Assembly: GCA_040285745.1 (NCBI GenBank)
Contig: JAUFOR010000001.1
Coordinates: 620,001-684,000, forward strand
DNA from: Barthelona sp. PCE
Taxonomy: Eukaryota
Direction: 5' to 3'
DNA length: 64,000 nucleotides
Below the pieces are notes generated by a model, which did no database searches, was not told where the DNA came from, and was given only the letters and a program-made list of their open reading frames with translations. Made by a program: the position numbers and the translations under genes. Of this stretch, positions 42,280 through 52,592 are shown piece after piece (positions within the stretch are counted from its first letter, which is position 1; each line of letters opens with the position of its first letter).

Positions 42280-44499
42280 ATGGACGATTATTCCACGATG
42301 CGAGAGAACGTTTTGTATTTAGAAACACGTTTGCGTAGTTTAAATTCAGAATATAATAGAGTTATGAATCAGAATGACCGTTTAAAGTGTAAGTTGCGCG
42401 ACAAAAACGAAACTATTGATCGGTTAAAGAATTTGACGGAGTTTTTCTCTCCGCCTATGGAGCAAGTAGATGCTATTGGGAACAAACTCAAAAGGCACGG
42501 TTCTTCGGTCAAGGAGACACATGTTATGATCCCCAATACAACGTACAGGACGACAGAAACGAAGGAACGGTTGTCCACTACTTTGAACTATTTAAACCGC
42601 AGCAAAGAGATCCTGCAACGGATAAAGAAGACCACGAAGCCATCATTTCCCATCAAATCAGTCCCCAAAGCAGAGAGACCAAAGAAATTAATGAAGGAAA
42701 TGAAGAAAAAAATTTCCTCTATTAAATGGGATGAATTTGCAAAGGAACGTGTTGAAGTAGATTACTCAATACCAGAATACAGAATGGCAAAACCTATAAA
42801 GTGGATGGCAAAATCACTTTATCTTTTAGGTTATCTAGATGAAGAATTGCCTCCACCAGAAGGAGTGAGAGGTGGAGCTGTCTCGGAAGATATAAACCCA
42901 AAGACACCACCAACACTTGGTCGTTTTGCAACGCGTCAGGATGTATTTGATAAGACTTATCGTGAACTTGCTGCCAGTTTATTTGGTATGGAACAGTGGC
43001 CATCTGAGATTAGTAGCACTGAACAGATGCTTAATGAGAAAAAGGAGATGATTGCAGGCTCTTTGATAAAGTTCATTGAAGCTGTGACACCAGCTTCTGG
43101 TCCACAAGACTTTGATTTGATTGATACGCTCATTTATTGTCATTTCGTTGTAAGTGATGTCTCTACCATTTTTTGGTTGCTTTATCTGCGTGTCTGTTTT
43201 CTTGAAGGGATGTCAAAAGCACGTGTAGTTGCTGTTTTGCGCCGCTGGGCTTCAACTAAACCTGAAGATTTTAGAGGAGAGGCAGCAAAGTATGTAGAGC
43301 TAATGTTTGATGAATTACGCAATGTCGGAATGGTTTCATCAGTCCAAATCATTTCAGAACAGTTATATTTTGCAGAAGCAGAAGAGATGGAGGGTAAAGT
43401 TAGGAAAGAAAAAGAACTTTTGCAGAAGAGCCATAGTTTTAGACATTCTACTTCTAATATTCCCGTAACTTCCAGTGTTGAATCATTTGTAACGAGCGGT
43501 ACAGATCGTGCAAAGAGTGTTGTGCTCAAACCATCACAACTTGGTGGAGTACAAGAGATAACAACTCCTACCGAGACATCAGTTGGTACTCACACAGAAA
43601 AGACTGAAGGTATTGATTTAACGAACTTTTTCGAGGTTGAGGCGGGGTTATCTGATGACTCTGACTTTGATTTGCTGATTGATCCCAATGAATCTGTAGG
43701 TTGTGTCATAGAACAGAGTATAACATTTGAAAAACCATTTTACATCATTTGTCCTGCACCCCCTTTAGAGATAGCAAAGCAATTAACGCTAATTGAACAG
43801 GGCATGTTCAAAAAGATTGATGTTAGTGAAATTTTACTCTATGTGCTCAAGAGCAAGCAATCTGATCAGTTAGCACCCAATGTAACGGCATATGTTGATC
43901 ATTTCAATCGTATGAGTGATTGGGTATGTTCGTCTATTTTATTAGAACCCGAAGTGAAGCAACGGAGAAGAGTATTGAGTGCATTTATTGATTTAGCACA
44001 AGAGTTGCTTCATCTAAAGAACTACACTGCTGTATTTGAGATATGTGGTGGTTTAAGTAGAGCATCAGTGGCCAGGCTGACAAAGACTTTTGAAGGATTA
44101 GGGAATAGATCAACAATTCTTAAAAAAACCAAAGAAGCAATCTCTCATTCTAGTAATTTCAAGAATTTACGTCCAAAGATTGATGAGCTAGAGAACCAAG
44201 ATAATGTACAATGTTTACCATACATTGGTATGTATTTAACCGATTTAACCTTCATTAACGATGGTAACAAGACATATTACAAGTCCACAACCGGGCAGAA
44301 ATTGATTAATTTAAAGAAGCTGAAACTTTTTATGAAAATTTTGAGAAAGTTACATTTTTTTCAGAGAACTAAATATCGTTACCAAGAGCATTCTAATCTA
44401 TTGGACGCTCTGAAAGGTGATCTAGATATACTCCCAGAGGTTATTCAAAGGAAATTATCTTTGAAATATGAACCTAGAAGATCTAGAAAACGAAAATAA
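42280..44499 (+). CDS. RasGEF (REM plus CDC25 domain) with N-terminal coiled coil
   Basis: EIAKQLTLIE, FNRMSDWV, LKNY, RLTKT, NFKNLR and CLPYIGMYLTDLTFINDGN. Confidence 0.92.
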   Translation: MDDYSTMRENVLYLETRLRSLNSEYNRVMNQNDRLKCKLRDKNETIDRLKNLTEFFSPPMEQVDAIGNKLKRHGSSVKETHVMIPNTTYRTTETKERLSTTLNYLNRSKEILQRIKKTTKPSFPIKSVPKAERPKKLMKEMKKKISSIKWDEFAKERVEVDYSIPEYRMAKPIKWMAKSLYLLGYLDEELPPPEGVRGGAVSEDINPKTPPTLGRFATRQDVFDKTYRELAASLFGMEQWPSEISSTEQMLNEKKEMIAGSLIKFIEAVTPASGPQDFDLIDTLIYCHFVVSDVSTIFWLLYLRVCFLEGMSKARVVAVLRRWASTKPEDFRGEAAKYVELMFDELRNVGMVSSVQIISEQLYFAEAEEMEGKVRKEKELLQKSHSFRHSTSNIPVTSSVESFVTSGTDRAKSVVLKPSQLGGVQEITTPTETSVGTHTEKTEGIDLTNFFEVEAGLSDDSDFDLLIDPNESVGCVIEQSITFEKPFYIICPAPPLEIAKQLTLIEQGMFKKIDVSEILLYVLKSKQSDQLAPNVTAYVDHFNRMSDWVCSSILLEPEVKQRRRVLSAFIDLAQELLHLKNYTAVFEICGGLSRASVARLTKTFEGLGNRSTILKKTKEAISHSSNFKNLRPKIDELENQDNVQCLPYIGMYLTDLTFINDGNKTYYKSTTGQKLINLKKLKLFMKILRKLHFFQRTKYRYQEHSNLLDALKGDLDILPEVIQRKLSLKYEPRRSRKRK

Positions 44500-44518
44500 A
44501 AATTGAAATAAAAAAAAC

Positions 44519-45394
44519 TTATTCTTTAGCAAAAAATCTATTCTCCCCATGCCCTATTGCACTTAATCCAACAGCATCACTTCTGAAAGATTTTGTTTCT
44601 TTCTTAATAGGGGGTGCAATTAATGAGAAAGAATCTGGAACACTAAGACGACGTGATCTGTTTATGATTGGGGTATCAGGCACCTCAACATCTGGTGTGA
44701 ACATTTCGTTGAATGCAGATTTTGGTGAAGGGTTGAGAGTATTATCTTCATTTTCTGGTGGAATAATTACAGACATTGGACCGTCAGCTTGAGTTGCAAC
44801 TGGTTTCAAAACGTCACGTTCAGGTACAGCTAGGACTACCTGTTCAGTTACTTCCACCTCTTGGTTTTGTTTCGGTAATTCGTACTTTAATTCAGAAGTC
44901 TCAATGGCTTGTAACTTCAATGGCATCTCTGTTGCAACGGGAATTGGTTGCTGCATTGCAACCTGCTGTGCAATCTGCGCGATTTGGTTGTGTAAAGATG
45001 CTTGGTCACGTTCTAAACCCATAAGATCATTAAGAAGATTCGGTGTAAAACTTGGAATTTGTCCATGGGTCATTCTATTATCTACAACGTATTTTTGGAA
45101 GCTCCTGTAGTTGAGATCACTCTCGTTGAAGTTTAAAAAGTCTTCAGCGTTCTTGTGATCAACAATGTTTGGATCACTGCCTAAGAATTCACGAATATTG
45201 CTATCCATTTGTGAGTGATTCGAAAAGCTCGAATAATTACCTTCTAAATCCTTAATAATGACAGAAACGTTACAACCGCAGAGTATTGCCAATTCATGTG
45301 CCTTTTTAATTAAACCGAATGTACGTTTCCTCAACGTGACATTGCGCACCTTTGGGTCTTCTCTGAAGACGATCGGGATGGAACGCTTTCCCAT
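44519..45394 (-). CDS. MADS-box transcription factor
   Basis: MGKRSIPI...RNVTLRKRTFGLIKKAHELAILCGCNVSVII. Confidence 0.93.
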   Translation of the reverse strand: MGKRSIPIVFREDPKVRNVTLRKRTFGLIKKAHELAILCGCNVSVIIKDLEGNYSSFSNHSQMDSNIREFLGSDPNIVDHKNAEDFLNFNESDLNYRSFQKYVVDNRMTHGQIPSFTPNLLNDLMGLERDQASLHNQIAQIAQQVAMQQPIPVATEMPLKLQAIETSELKYELPKQNQEVEVTEQVVLAVPERDVLKPVATQADGPMSVIIPPENEDNTLNPSPKSAFNEMFTPDVEVPDTPIINRSRRLSVPDSFSLIAPPIKKETKSFRSDAVGLSAIGHGENRFFAKE

Positions 45395-45989
45395 GATTTC
45401 GAAAAGGGAGAATGTTTCGTTAACATCGCATTGTGCAAGAAATCTTTGGATGATTGGGATATTACACGTGTTTTGACTTCATACAGTTTTGAAACGTGCT
45501 GTAAGTACATGCATTTTCTTAACTCATGATTCTTTGGACAATAGCGAAGTATGTTATTCACATGAGGGTTATAAGCCAGTACAATCGTTGTAAACTAAAA
45601 TTCTAAGCGTAAAGCTAAAGGTTCGTGACGGTTTGGAAAAACACATTTTTTTAAGACAATAAGAAGTTTTAAGACTGTGTAGAACAATGAAAACGTGATA
45701 TTGGGTAGGAAAATACTCTAAAATACACTAAATAAGTGTTATAATAAAGTTTCCAAAAACAGTCTTTTTCTCATAAAAAGGAAGAAAAATAAGTAAATCC
45801 ACCTTTTCAAACGTCAAAAACACCATGCAACATGCAACCTTCGTAAATGGTAGAACAAAATAACTTGTTTATCGAATACTACCTTCTTCAACCTTTTGGA
45901 GAAGCCATTACTGCAAACCTTTTCTGTAAGTCGAACCACGGGTCATTTCACCCACTTTAAAAGCTTGTAACTTAAAAAATTTTATTCAT

Positions 45990-48125
45990 ATGAATTTACC
46001 TCCTGGAAAGGTTATTTATCATCGATATCAGGTTATCGGGCGACCATTGGGTCGCGGAACATTCGGCCAAGTTATCGATGCCATTGATCAAAACGTTTTA
46101 CGTACATATAATGGTGCAACACAAGAAGGCAATCGAGTAGCTATTAAGATTGCCACATCGCGCAGGGAGACACGGAGAGCAATGATGATTTCCAACAAGT
46201 ATCTACGATCTGAGTATTCAATTATTAGAGACATACACAATTATCACAAAATGCACGAAAAACCTAAACATATGGCTCTCAGGTATAAACTGTGTCGCAG
46301 ATACTCAAATTTTACTGTAATTACTTCATATGTTCGTGTTCCCACGTTGCTTGATTTAAACTCTTTTGAAAACACACCTACAAAACTTCATCATGGATTT
46401 ATGGTCATGGAGAAGCTGAACAACAACATATATGCGCTTAAAAAGGAGAAGATCAAAAGATTTGGTTTGCAAAGGTCAATGCATTACGCTATTCAGATGC
46501 TTGAAAACTTGCAGCATGTTCATGAAGCAGGTTACATTCACCGTGATGTCAAGCCGAGTAATTTCTGTCTGGGCCCATTAAATGATGTAGACCGTGGAAA
46601 TGAAGTTTTTCTCATTGATTTCGGTATGGCGAAAAATTATTTGGGAATGAATAATCGACATATACCACCGAAGTCTAATGCTGGCTTCAGAGGTACAACG
46701 CGTTATGCAAGCATCAACGCACACAATAGAATGGAATTGAGTAGGAGGGATGATCTGTTTAGTTGGTTTTATTCGGTTCTTGAGATGATTGGTGTTAACT
46801 TACCATGGAAAGCTAGTAATGATAAGTCAGCAGTGTTAATCATGAAGATTAATTTTCATGAGGCACGTCGTTTTGCATCTCCTCATAATGGTGTGTTTCA
46901 GAATATTTTCGAAGAGATTAACACGCTGGATTTTGCTGATACTCCCAATTATAAACGCATTTATACTTGCTTACAGTTCATTATAGACCACACTGATAGT
47001 GAGACAGAAATCATTGTGGAGGGCGCTAATCCAGCATCTGTTTGGTCAGCAACAGGCAAAGAAAAGACGGCAGTGTCGACCAGATCAGATGATAAACTGT
47101 TTGAAGACGTTCACATTGATTTTTATGATGAAGGAAAGCAGGAGGAGAACAATTATGAGGAGGATACCAACCAGCCTAGTGAAAGCACAGATATGGATAA
47201 ACAGATCAAGCTGGTTGCAAACAACGAGACAACACAAAAGAGTGACAAGTACAGTTACACAATCACTAATGTATCATGGGATCCTACTTCAGCGAACAAC
47301 ACAACGAGTCCACAACGAGTTGGCTCGACTCTCCCATCACCGAGTATTTTTGTGCCGTTGGAGAACAATTCACCAACAATTCAGAGTCCTATCGATGAGG
47401 AGAATTCAGGATTATTTACAAAAGAAGAGGGAGAAATACCAACGTCAATAGGTAATGTTGGTAATTCATCATCCGTTACTTCATTCCAAATTTTTGCTGC
47501 ACAACAGAAAACAGAAGAGGAAGTTGTTGAGGTAGTTGAAGATATGGATTCTCAAGACAAGTCGGATGGACAGAACACCACTGAGGATGTCCCTGCTTTT
47601 GGCACGATATCTGAGGTAGAGGAAGGGAATATGGAAAAATATATTGAGGTATCAAGTGTTACAAATAGTAATGTAGAGGAACAGGTTGAAGCCCCTGTTA
47701 TACAAAATTTTAATTGGGGACAAACACCATCAGGAACGGATTGCGAGAATAATGTTGCAACAGGACTAATATCTCCTCAAAAGTTTAATGAGAAAGTTAG
47801 TGTTAAGCATCAGCTATTGTACGATGATATTGATGTTGAGATTGATCCAGTGACACAACAGAAAGCAGAAAGAACTGAAGATAAACCTCCTAAACCTCCT
47901 AAACTAGTATTACAGAAGAGAAATATTCCACCTATAACCGTTGATAGTCCTTCTCCACGCGCTGCAATGATTGTTCCCTCAAAACCAGGCGCTTTGAGGC
48001 ATTCGTGCAGTGATGTAATGAAAAAGAGTAATCAGAGACCGAAAAGGAATTTTACAGCTCTTCTGGCTGTTGATGATGGTGAAAGTTCAACTACCAATAC
48101 AGGATGCACATGTGCATTGTTATAG
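45990..48125 (+). CDS. CK1-group kinase (TTBK-like) with acidic tail and C-terminal CaaX
   Basis: GRGTFG, HRDVKPSNF, IDFGMA, FRGTTRYASINAH, SRRDDL; ends CTCALL. Confidence 0.92.
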   Translation: MNLPPGKVIYHRYQVIGRPLGRGTFGQVIDAIDQNVLRTYNGATQEGNRVAIKIATSRRETRRAMMISNKYLRSEYSIIRDIHNYHKMHEKPKHMALRYKLCRRYSNFTVITSYVRVPTLLDLNSFENTPTKLHHGFMVMEKLNNNIYALKKEKIKRFGLQRSMHYAIQMLENLQHVHEAGYIHRDVKPSNFCLGPLNDVDRGNEVFLIDFGMAKNYLGMNNRHIPPKSNAGFRGTTRYASINAHNRMELSRRDDLFSWFYSVLEMIGVNLPWKASNDKSAVLIMKINFHEARRFASPHNGVFQNIFEEINTLDFADTPNYKRIYTCLQFIIDHTDSETEIIVEGANPASVWSATGKEKTAVSTRSDDKLFEDVHIDFYDEGKQEENNYEEDTNQPSESTDMDKQIKLVANNETTQKSDKYSYTITNVSWDPTSANNTTSPQRVGSTLPSPSIFVPLENNSPTIQSPIDEENSGLFTKEEGEIPTSIGNVGNSSSVTSFQIFAAQQKTEEEVVEVVEDMDSQDKSDGQNTTEDVPAFGTISEVEEGNMEKYIEVSSVTNSNVEEQVEAPVIQNFNWGQTPSGTDCENNVATGLISPQKFNEKVSVKHQLLYDDIDVEIDPVTQQKAERTEDKPPKPPKLVLQKRNIPPITVDSPSPRAAMIVPSKPGALRHSCSDVMKKSNQRPKRNFTALLAVDDGESSTTNTGCTCALL

Positions 48126-48168
48126 AACAATATGATTGTTTTACATCAATAATTTCTTTTTTTATTAA

Positions 48169-48867
48169 TTAAAATCGTTCTCCACTAGTAATTAGGTTTT
48201 GAATTGATTTTTTTGCATCCCATTCGTGAATGTAGCTCCACAAATATTCGAATTGAGGTAGAAGTGATTTGTTCGTTCTGTGGATATTACTTAGAACTGA
48301 ATACAAGCACACATCAAGGTAGCTTCGTCTGTCATTGACCAGGGGCCTCGGTTTTATCACACATGTTTCTGGTGTATTGATGATATTCTCAATGTATGAG
48401 TCAAAATATGTTAGTGCATGCTCAACTTCAGTTTTTAGTATTTCTATACGGTGATCTGATGATTTTTCCGTGTCCTGTATCTCAACACACTCATCCAAAA
48501 GCCAATAATTCGATTGTAAATCAAGTGCATATTCTGTAAGTGAATCAATGAATGCTGCTTCACCTATATTAAGCCCATAGTAACCATGACGTCGTGCGAT
48601 GTAGCGAAGGACGGCTCTGTGTCCATATATTCTTGTGTTTGTTTCACAATCAAGAAGCATGGGCGGGAAATGTAGTTCTTCTAGTTCTTCAACTGTATCG
48701 ATAATTTCATTTGTGAATTTCAATCCTATATCGGCAATAAGGCATCTAACAGCATCAGCAACTCCACGTGATGCGAAATAATATAGTTCATAAGTAATCT
48801 TTTCAATTTCTTCCCTTTCTACGATATCTTCAATCGTAAGTGGGGTTTCATGCTCAAGATTGGTCAT
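48169..48867 (-). CDS. Glutathione S-transferase-like protein
   Basis: YELYYFASRGVADAVR, AVLRYIARRHGYYG and SYLD pattern of Tyr-type GSTs. Confidence 0.8.
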   Translation of the reverse strand: MTNLEHETPLTIEDIVEREEIEKITYELYYFASRGVADAVRCLIADIGLKFTNEIIDTVEELEELHFPPMLLDCETNTRIYGHRAVLRYIARRHGYYGLNIGEAAFIDSLTEYALDLQSNYWLLDECVEIQDTEKSSDHRIEILKTEVEHALTYFDSYIENIINTPETCVIKPRPLVNDRRSYLDVCLYSVLSNIHRTNKSLLPQFEYLWSYIHEWDAKKSIQNLITSGERF

Positions 48868-49688
48868 ATCAGATCGTGAGAGGGGTTGAAAAAAATTTTT
48901 TAGGACTTACTGTAGACAGGCATTTTCAGGTGATGTTGAAGAGAGTTTCCTTTTATTCACGGGTTAATCTTCGTTTATCTAAGGGAAATGTTAGTATAAA
49001 AGTGCGAAAAGTACATTAATGGAAGAGTATATTAAGCAGGTTGTTTTTAATACAAATAAGAACATATTTTACAGCACATGAAGATAAAGTACATATTATT
49101 AAACCGAGTGAAAAACATAATAAGTATTAATGAGATAAACAAGAAAGTATTTTTGTTCTTGCTGTCTTTGAATAGTTTACCGAAATTTTGGCACTCAAAA
49201 CTCATAACCAGTACAAAATACGCACTGTTTAGCTTTTCTTTTCAACAAGAATTCTACTTTTAAGCTTCTCACCCGTTTCATGTAAGAAGTACAATTTAGA
49301 GATTTGTTACAACTGTTATGTATGTATCTCGCAGGCAAGCATTAATTTTTCAATTCGTTACCTCGGTCGGACGTGGAACAGAATACCTTCCTCATCTATA
49401 CAAGGGTCGATAGATTTAATCGCTAAACGGGTTAACCTCTGTTTAGTTCGTGGCAATACAACCCACCCATTCAGAGAATTTTTATGTTTGATGTGGCTAC
49501 AGTCCATGGATATTTTTTATTATAATGCTTGTTGTGCAGTTGTACTGAGTTTCGACTTACTTTTAGTTATGTAGTTGCAATATATGTTTAATCATAATCA
49601 ATTAGATAGTATTATTTGAAGTAGTAAATGTTTTGTGTTTTTTAACCTTGTTAGTAACCTTTTGGGCTTTTTTTTTACTGGTAATAGT

Positions 49689-50246
49689 ATGTCAAGAACA
49701 GTTGCTGCCACAAAAAGACTTAGAGAAAACCTCGAAGCACAGTTACAAAGACTGATGGTACAATTAAATGATATTGAAGAGTTTCGGGACGAATTAGATG
49801 ATGATGAGTACCTTGAAACGCGCGAGGACACACTGTTTCAGATGAAAGATTTAGAGAAAACACTGGAGAAGTACATTACTGGTAATATGAGCTTAACGTC
49901 TGATTTTGAAGCTTTTCAAATCAGTATACGAGAAGCGTACACAAACGCATTCAAGATAACAAACGTCATTAGCATCTTTCTTACTCAAAGTGCAATTGAG
50001 TTGCGTGAAAGATTGACCAAATTAGAGAATGCATTTATGATCAAGAATATTTCACGTGAAGCGTATGTATATTCAAAGACAGAGTTGTTATATAGTATTC
50101 AAGAGCTTAATGAGCAATTATCTGTTAAGGAAGAGCAATTTTTACAAGATAATATGTCTGGTTTACACAGTTTTAACAAATCTCAGAACCAAAATATCAC
50201 GAAAAATATTGTTCAAGATGCTTCAAAGCAAATTAATCAATTATAA
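49689..50246 (+). CDS. LZIC: LZIC (leucine zipper and ICAT domain) orthologue
   Basis: LRENLEAQLQRLMVQLNDIEEFRDELDDDEYLETREDTL...GNMSL...AFK parallels LZIC [39 protein letters not shown]; ATG at 49689. Confidence 0.85.
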   Translation: MSRTVAATKRLRENLEAQLQRLMVQLNDIEEFRDELDDDEYLETREDTLFQMKDLEKTLEKYITGNMSLTSDFEAFQISIREAYTNAFKITNVISIFLTQSAIELRERLTKLENAFMIKNISREAYVYSKTELLYSIQELNEQLSVKEEQFLQDNMSGLHSFNKSQNQNITKNIVQDASKQINQL

Positions 50247-50249
50247 AAA

Positions 50250-51947
50250 TTAGAGCCCTGACTTAATGGAAAATAAATTATTGTTCTTTATGGTTTTTTG
50301 ATTAATCGTGTTAATCTGATTAATTTCAAGTTTTCTTTGTGTTATTTCTGCTAAAATCTCCTTTTGACTTGAAATTCTATACTCTTCTAACTCATTTAAA
50401 GCATGATTTAAAGCACTTTTTAATGTCTCATCTGTTTCATCATTTTCTTTCAATTGATCAACACGTGTTTGATTAATTCTATTTAATCTTTTCAGTTGTG
50501 CTATTTCATTTCTTAATTTTTCGTTCTCTTTTTCTGTTTTGAACGCTAAACAAAAAAGTGATTGTGCTTTCTGTTTCTTTTCAACATCTGTTAACAATCC
50601 ATCCGTAAGTTCAACTTGCAGATTGTAAATAATTTCATCTTTTGTTCGTATACGTTCAGTATAATCATTAGATAATTCTTTTAATGTTAACTCCAACTCT
50701 ATAATTCGACTTTCACTGATTGAAAGTTGATGACGAAGTTCTTGCCAATTTCGCACAATAACCTTATTCTTTTGCTCTGTTAACCTACGTTGTAACATAT
50801 CAACATCCAAATCTAGGTGCTTTTTATAGATTTTTCGTTCATTCTTCAATTTTTCCACAAAATTATCAACAAAATCACTTAAAAACTCTGTTTTCATCTC
50901 TCTCGTATGGGTTGTTGGGACAGTACATTCAATTTTTTTGAATAAAGACACTAAATTATCAAAATCCGTTTTCAGATTTTCTATTTCTTCATTCTTTCTT
51001 TCTATTTGATCCTTCTGATCCTTGATGTGTATTTGGGCTGCTGCTAGACTCTCCTTCACTTCATCTCGACTTTCAGAAAGAAGTGAAAGGTTTTGCAGCT
51101 GACGAATATATTCGTCAGTTAACATTTTTGTGTTATCTTCTTTTGCTATTTGCTGAGGTGGAGTGGCTTTGTAATGCACTTCAGGGAGAATAGATGGGTG
51201 TTGTACAGGTTGTTGTATCACTTTAGGTTGTACAGGTTGTTGTATCACTTTAGGTTGTACAGGTTGTTGTATCACTTCAGGTTGTACAGGTTGTTGTATC
51301 ACTTCAGGTTGCATTGAAACAGGATTTAAATGTTGATTATGTTGTACGGTTCTCAAAGGTTGATGAAAAACAGGTTGATGCTCAACATTTGGTGCATGTT
51401 TCACAGGCTGCTTAAGAACAGGCTGTATATCCTGTGTTAAAGACGGTATGTTATCCACATTAACACTTGTCTTTAACGGAGAAGTCAACTTGATACTTTC
51501 ATCTGAGCTCACTAGTGAGTCATCTGAAAAATTTGGAGAATATGCTTCAACTAATGTTGGTACAACCTTCTTCTGTGGTTCTGTTATGGTGGTTTCATGA
51601 TTCTTAATCGTCTCAGAACACTCTAGCTCTAAAGTTTCTTTCTTATATTTGTCATACGAGTGTTCAAATAGATATGAAGCGACATCATAGCCAAACCGGA
51701 CGGTGGCTCCCGTATTTAATACAACCGCATTACCATTAGAAACCTTAACATCATTAACAAAGGTTCCATTACGAGAGTTGCAATCCTTAAGGACAGCTGT
51801 GTGGGATTTCATTTCGATTATGGCGTGTTTAGCACTTATAGAACGTGATTTAAGATGTATATCGCACGATGGTGAACGTCCAATTGAATTAACTTCTTTA
51901 AGCTCAAAACGATTCCCTGCTGTAATCAGCGTTCCCAATGCCTCCAT
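50250..51947 (-). CDS. FHA-domain coiled-coil protein (FHAD1/CEP170-like architecture)
   Basis: IGR, ISAKHA, SRNGTFVN and VRFG FHA motifs; C-terminal coiled coil. Confidence 0.88.
   Translation of the reverse strand: MEALGTLITAGNRFELKEVNSIGRSPSCDIHLKSRSISAKHAIIEMKSHTAVLKDCNSRNGTFVNDVKVSNGNAVVLNTGATVRFGYDVASYLFEHSYDKYKKETLELECSETIKNHETTITEPQKKVVPTLVEAYSPNFSDDSLVSSDESIKLTSPLKTSVNVDNIPSLTQDIQPVLKQPVKHAPNVEHQPVFHQPLRTVQHNQHLNPVSMQPEVIQQPVQPEVIQQPVQPKVIQQPVQPKVIQQPVQHPSILPEVHYKATPPQQIAKEDNTKMLTDEYIRQLQNLSLLSESRDEVKESLAAAQIHIKDQKDQIERKNEEIENLKTDFDNLVSLFKKIECTVPTTHTREMKTEFLSDFVDNFVEKLKNERKIYKKHLDLDVDMLQRRLTEQKNKVIVRNWQELRHQLSISESRIIELELTLKELSNDYTERIRTKDEIIYNLQVELTDGLLTDVEKKQKAQSLFCLAFKTEKENEKLRNEIAQLKRLNRINQTRVDQLKENDETDETLKSALNHALNELEEYRISSQKEILAEITQRKLEINQINTINQKTIKNNNLFSIKSGL
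51201..51308 (-). repeat. Four 27-nt coding repeats (P[E/K]VIQQPVQ)
   Basis: ttgtacaggttgttgtatcactt(t/c)agg x4. Confidence 0.95.
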
Positions 51948-52039
51948 AGAAGTGATTGACCGCTCTTAAAAAAACGAAATAAAGGTTATAATAATGTAAA
52001 CACGAATCTCTCCCATTTCCTTAATCATCTCGCGATTTC

Positions 52040-52573
52040 ATGTTTATTGAAGCGCTTTTAGTTGCGGGTTCTGTTATTGTGATATTTTTGAGCCTCATAG
52101 GGCACTTTTTTAAACTTAAAGTTGAAGATTTGGAACAATGTGATGTATTTGACAGCAAAGTTTTTCTTTATGAACCAGTTTCCCGTGTCCCTGAGCTCCC
52201 TGATATTATAATTCCAGAAAATGTACCCGCTGTACCATGTATATTCCACATTGATCACTTTAAATCAAAAATTGAAGACCGTACATATGCTTGTGGTTAC
52301 CTTGTTGATGAAGCAGATGTTGACTCTATTTCAGGTTATTTTGAGCATATTGAGATTGTACCATTTGAATGTTATCATATACGTGCACCAGCAAAAATGT
52401 TTACACTCGCTAAATTACGTCGTCGTGCTAAGGTATTGCTTTATAAGGCTCGTTTGAATGCAACTATTTTTGAATTACGTTATGATACAGAAATTCACTA
52501 TTATGGCAATGCTGAAGCAAATATTCAATTACTAAATTTTGCAAACACGCTTCGTAAGAGCTTAGAAGAATAA
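52040..52573 (+). CDS. N-terminally anchored protein, possibly TEX264/GyrI-like, 177 aa
   Basis: The ORF is clear. The family guess rests only on the N-terminal TM plus CIFHID...RTYACGYLV spacing. Confidence 0.55.
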   Translation: MFIEALLVAGSVIVIFLSLIGHFFKLKVEDLEQCDVFDSKVFLYEPVSRVPELPDIIIPENVPAVPCIFHIDHFKSKIEDRTYACGYLVDEADVDSISGYFEHIEIVPFECYHIRAPAKMFTLAKLRRRAKVLLYKARLNATIFELRYDTEIHYYGNAEANIQLLNFANTLRKSLEE

Positions 52574-52592
52574 AATTGATTACATGAAGATT

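Noticed and set aside
49261..49335. U2-like fragments (GCTTCTC, TAAGA, TGTATGTATCT)
   Set aside because: The branch-recognition GTAGTA is absent and the spacing is wrong.
51201..51308. 27-nt repeats as a CRISPR-like array
   Set aside because: No spacers; an in-frame coding repeat in a eukaryotic gene.
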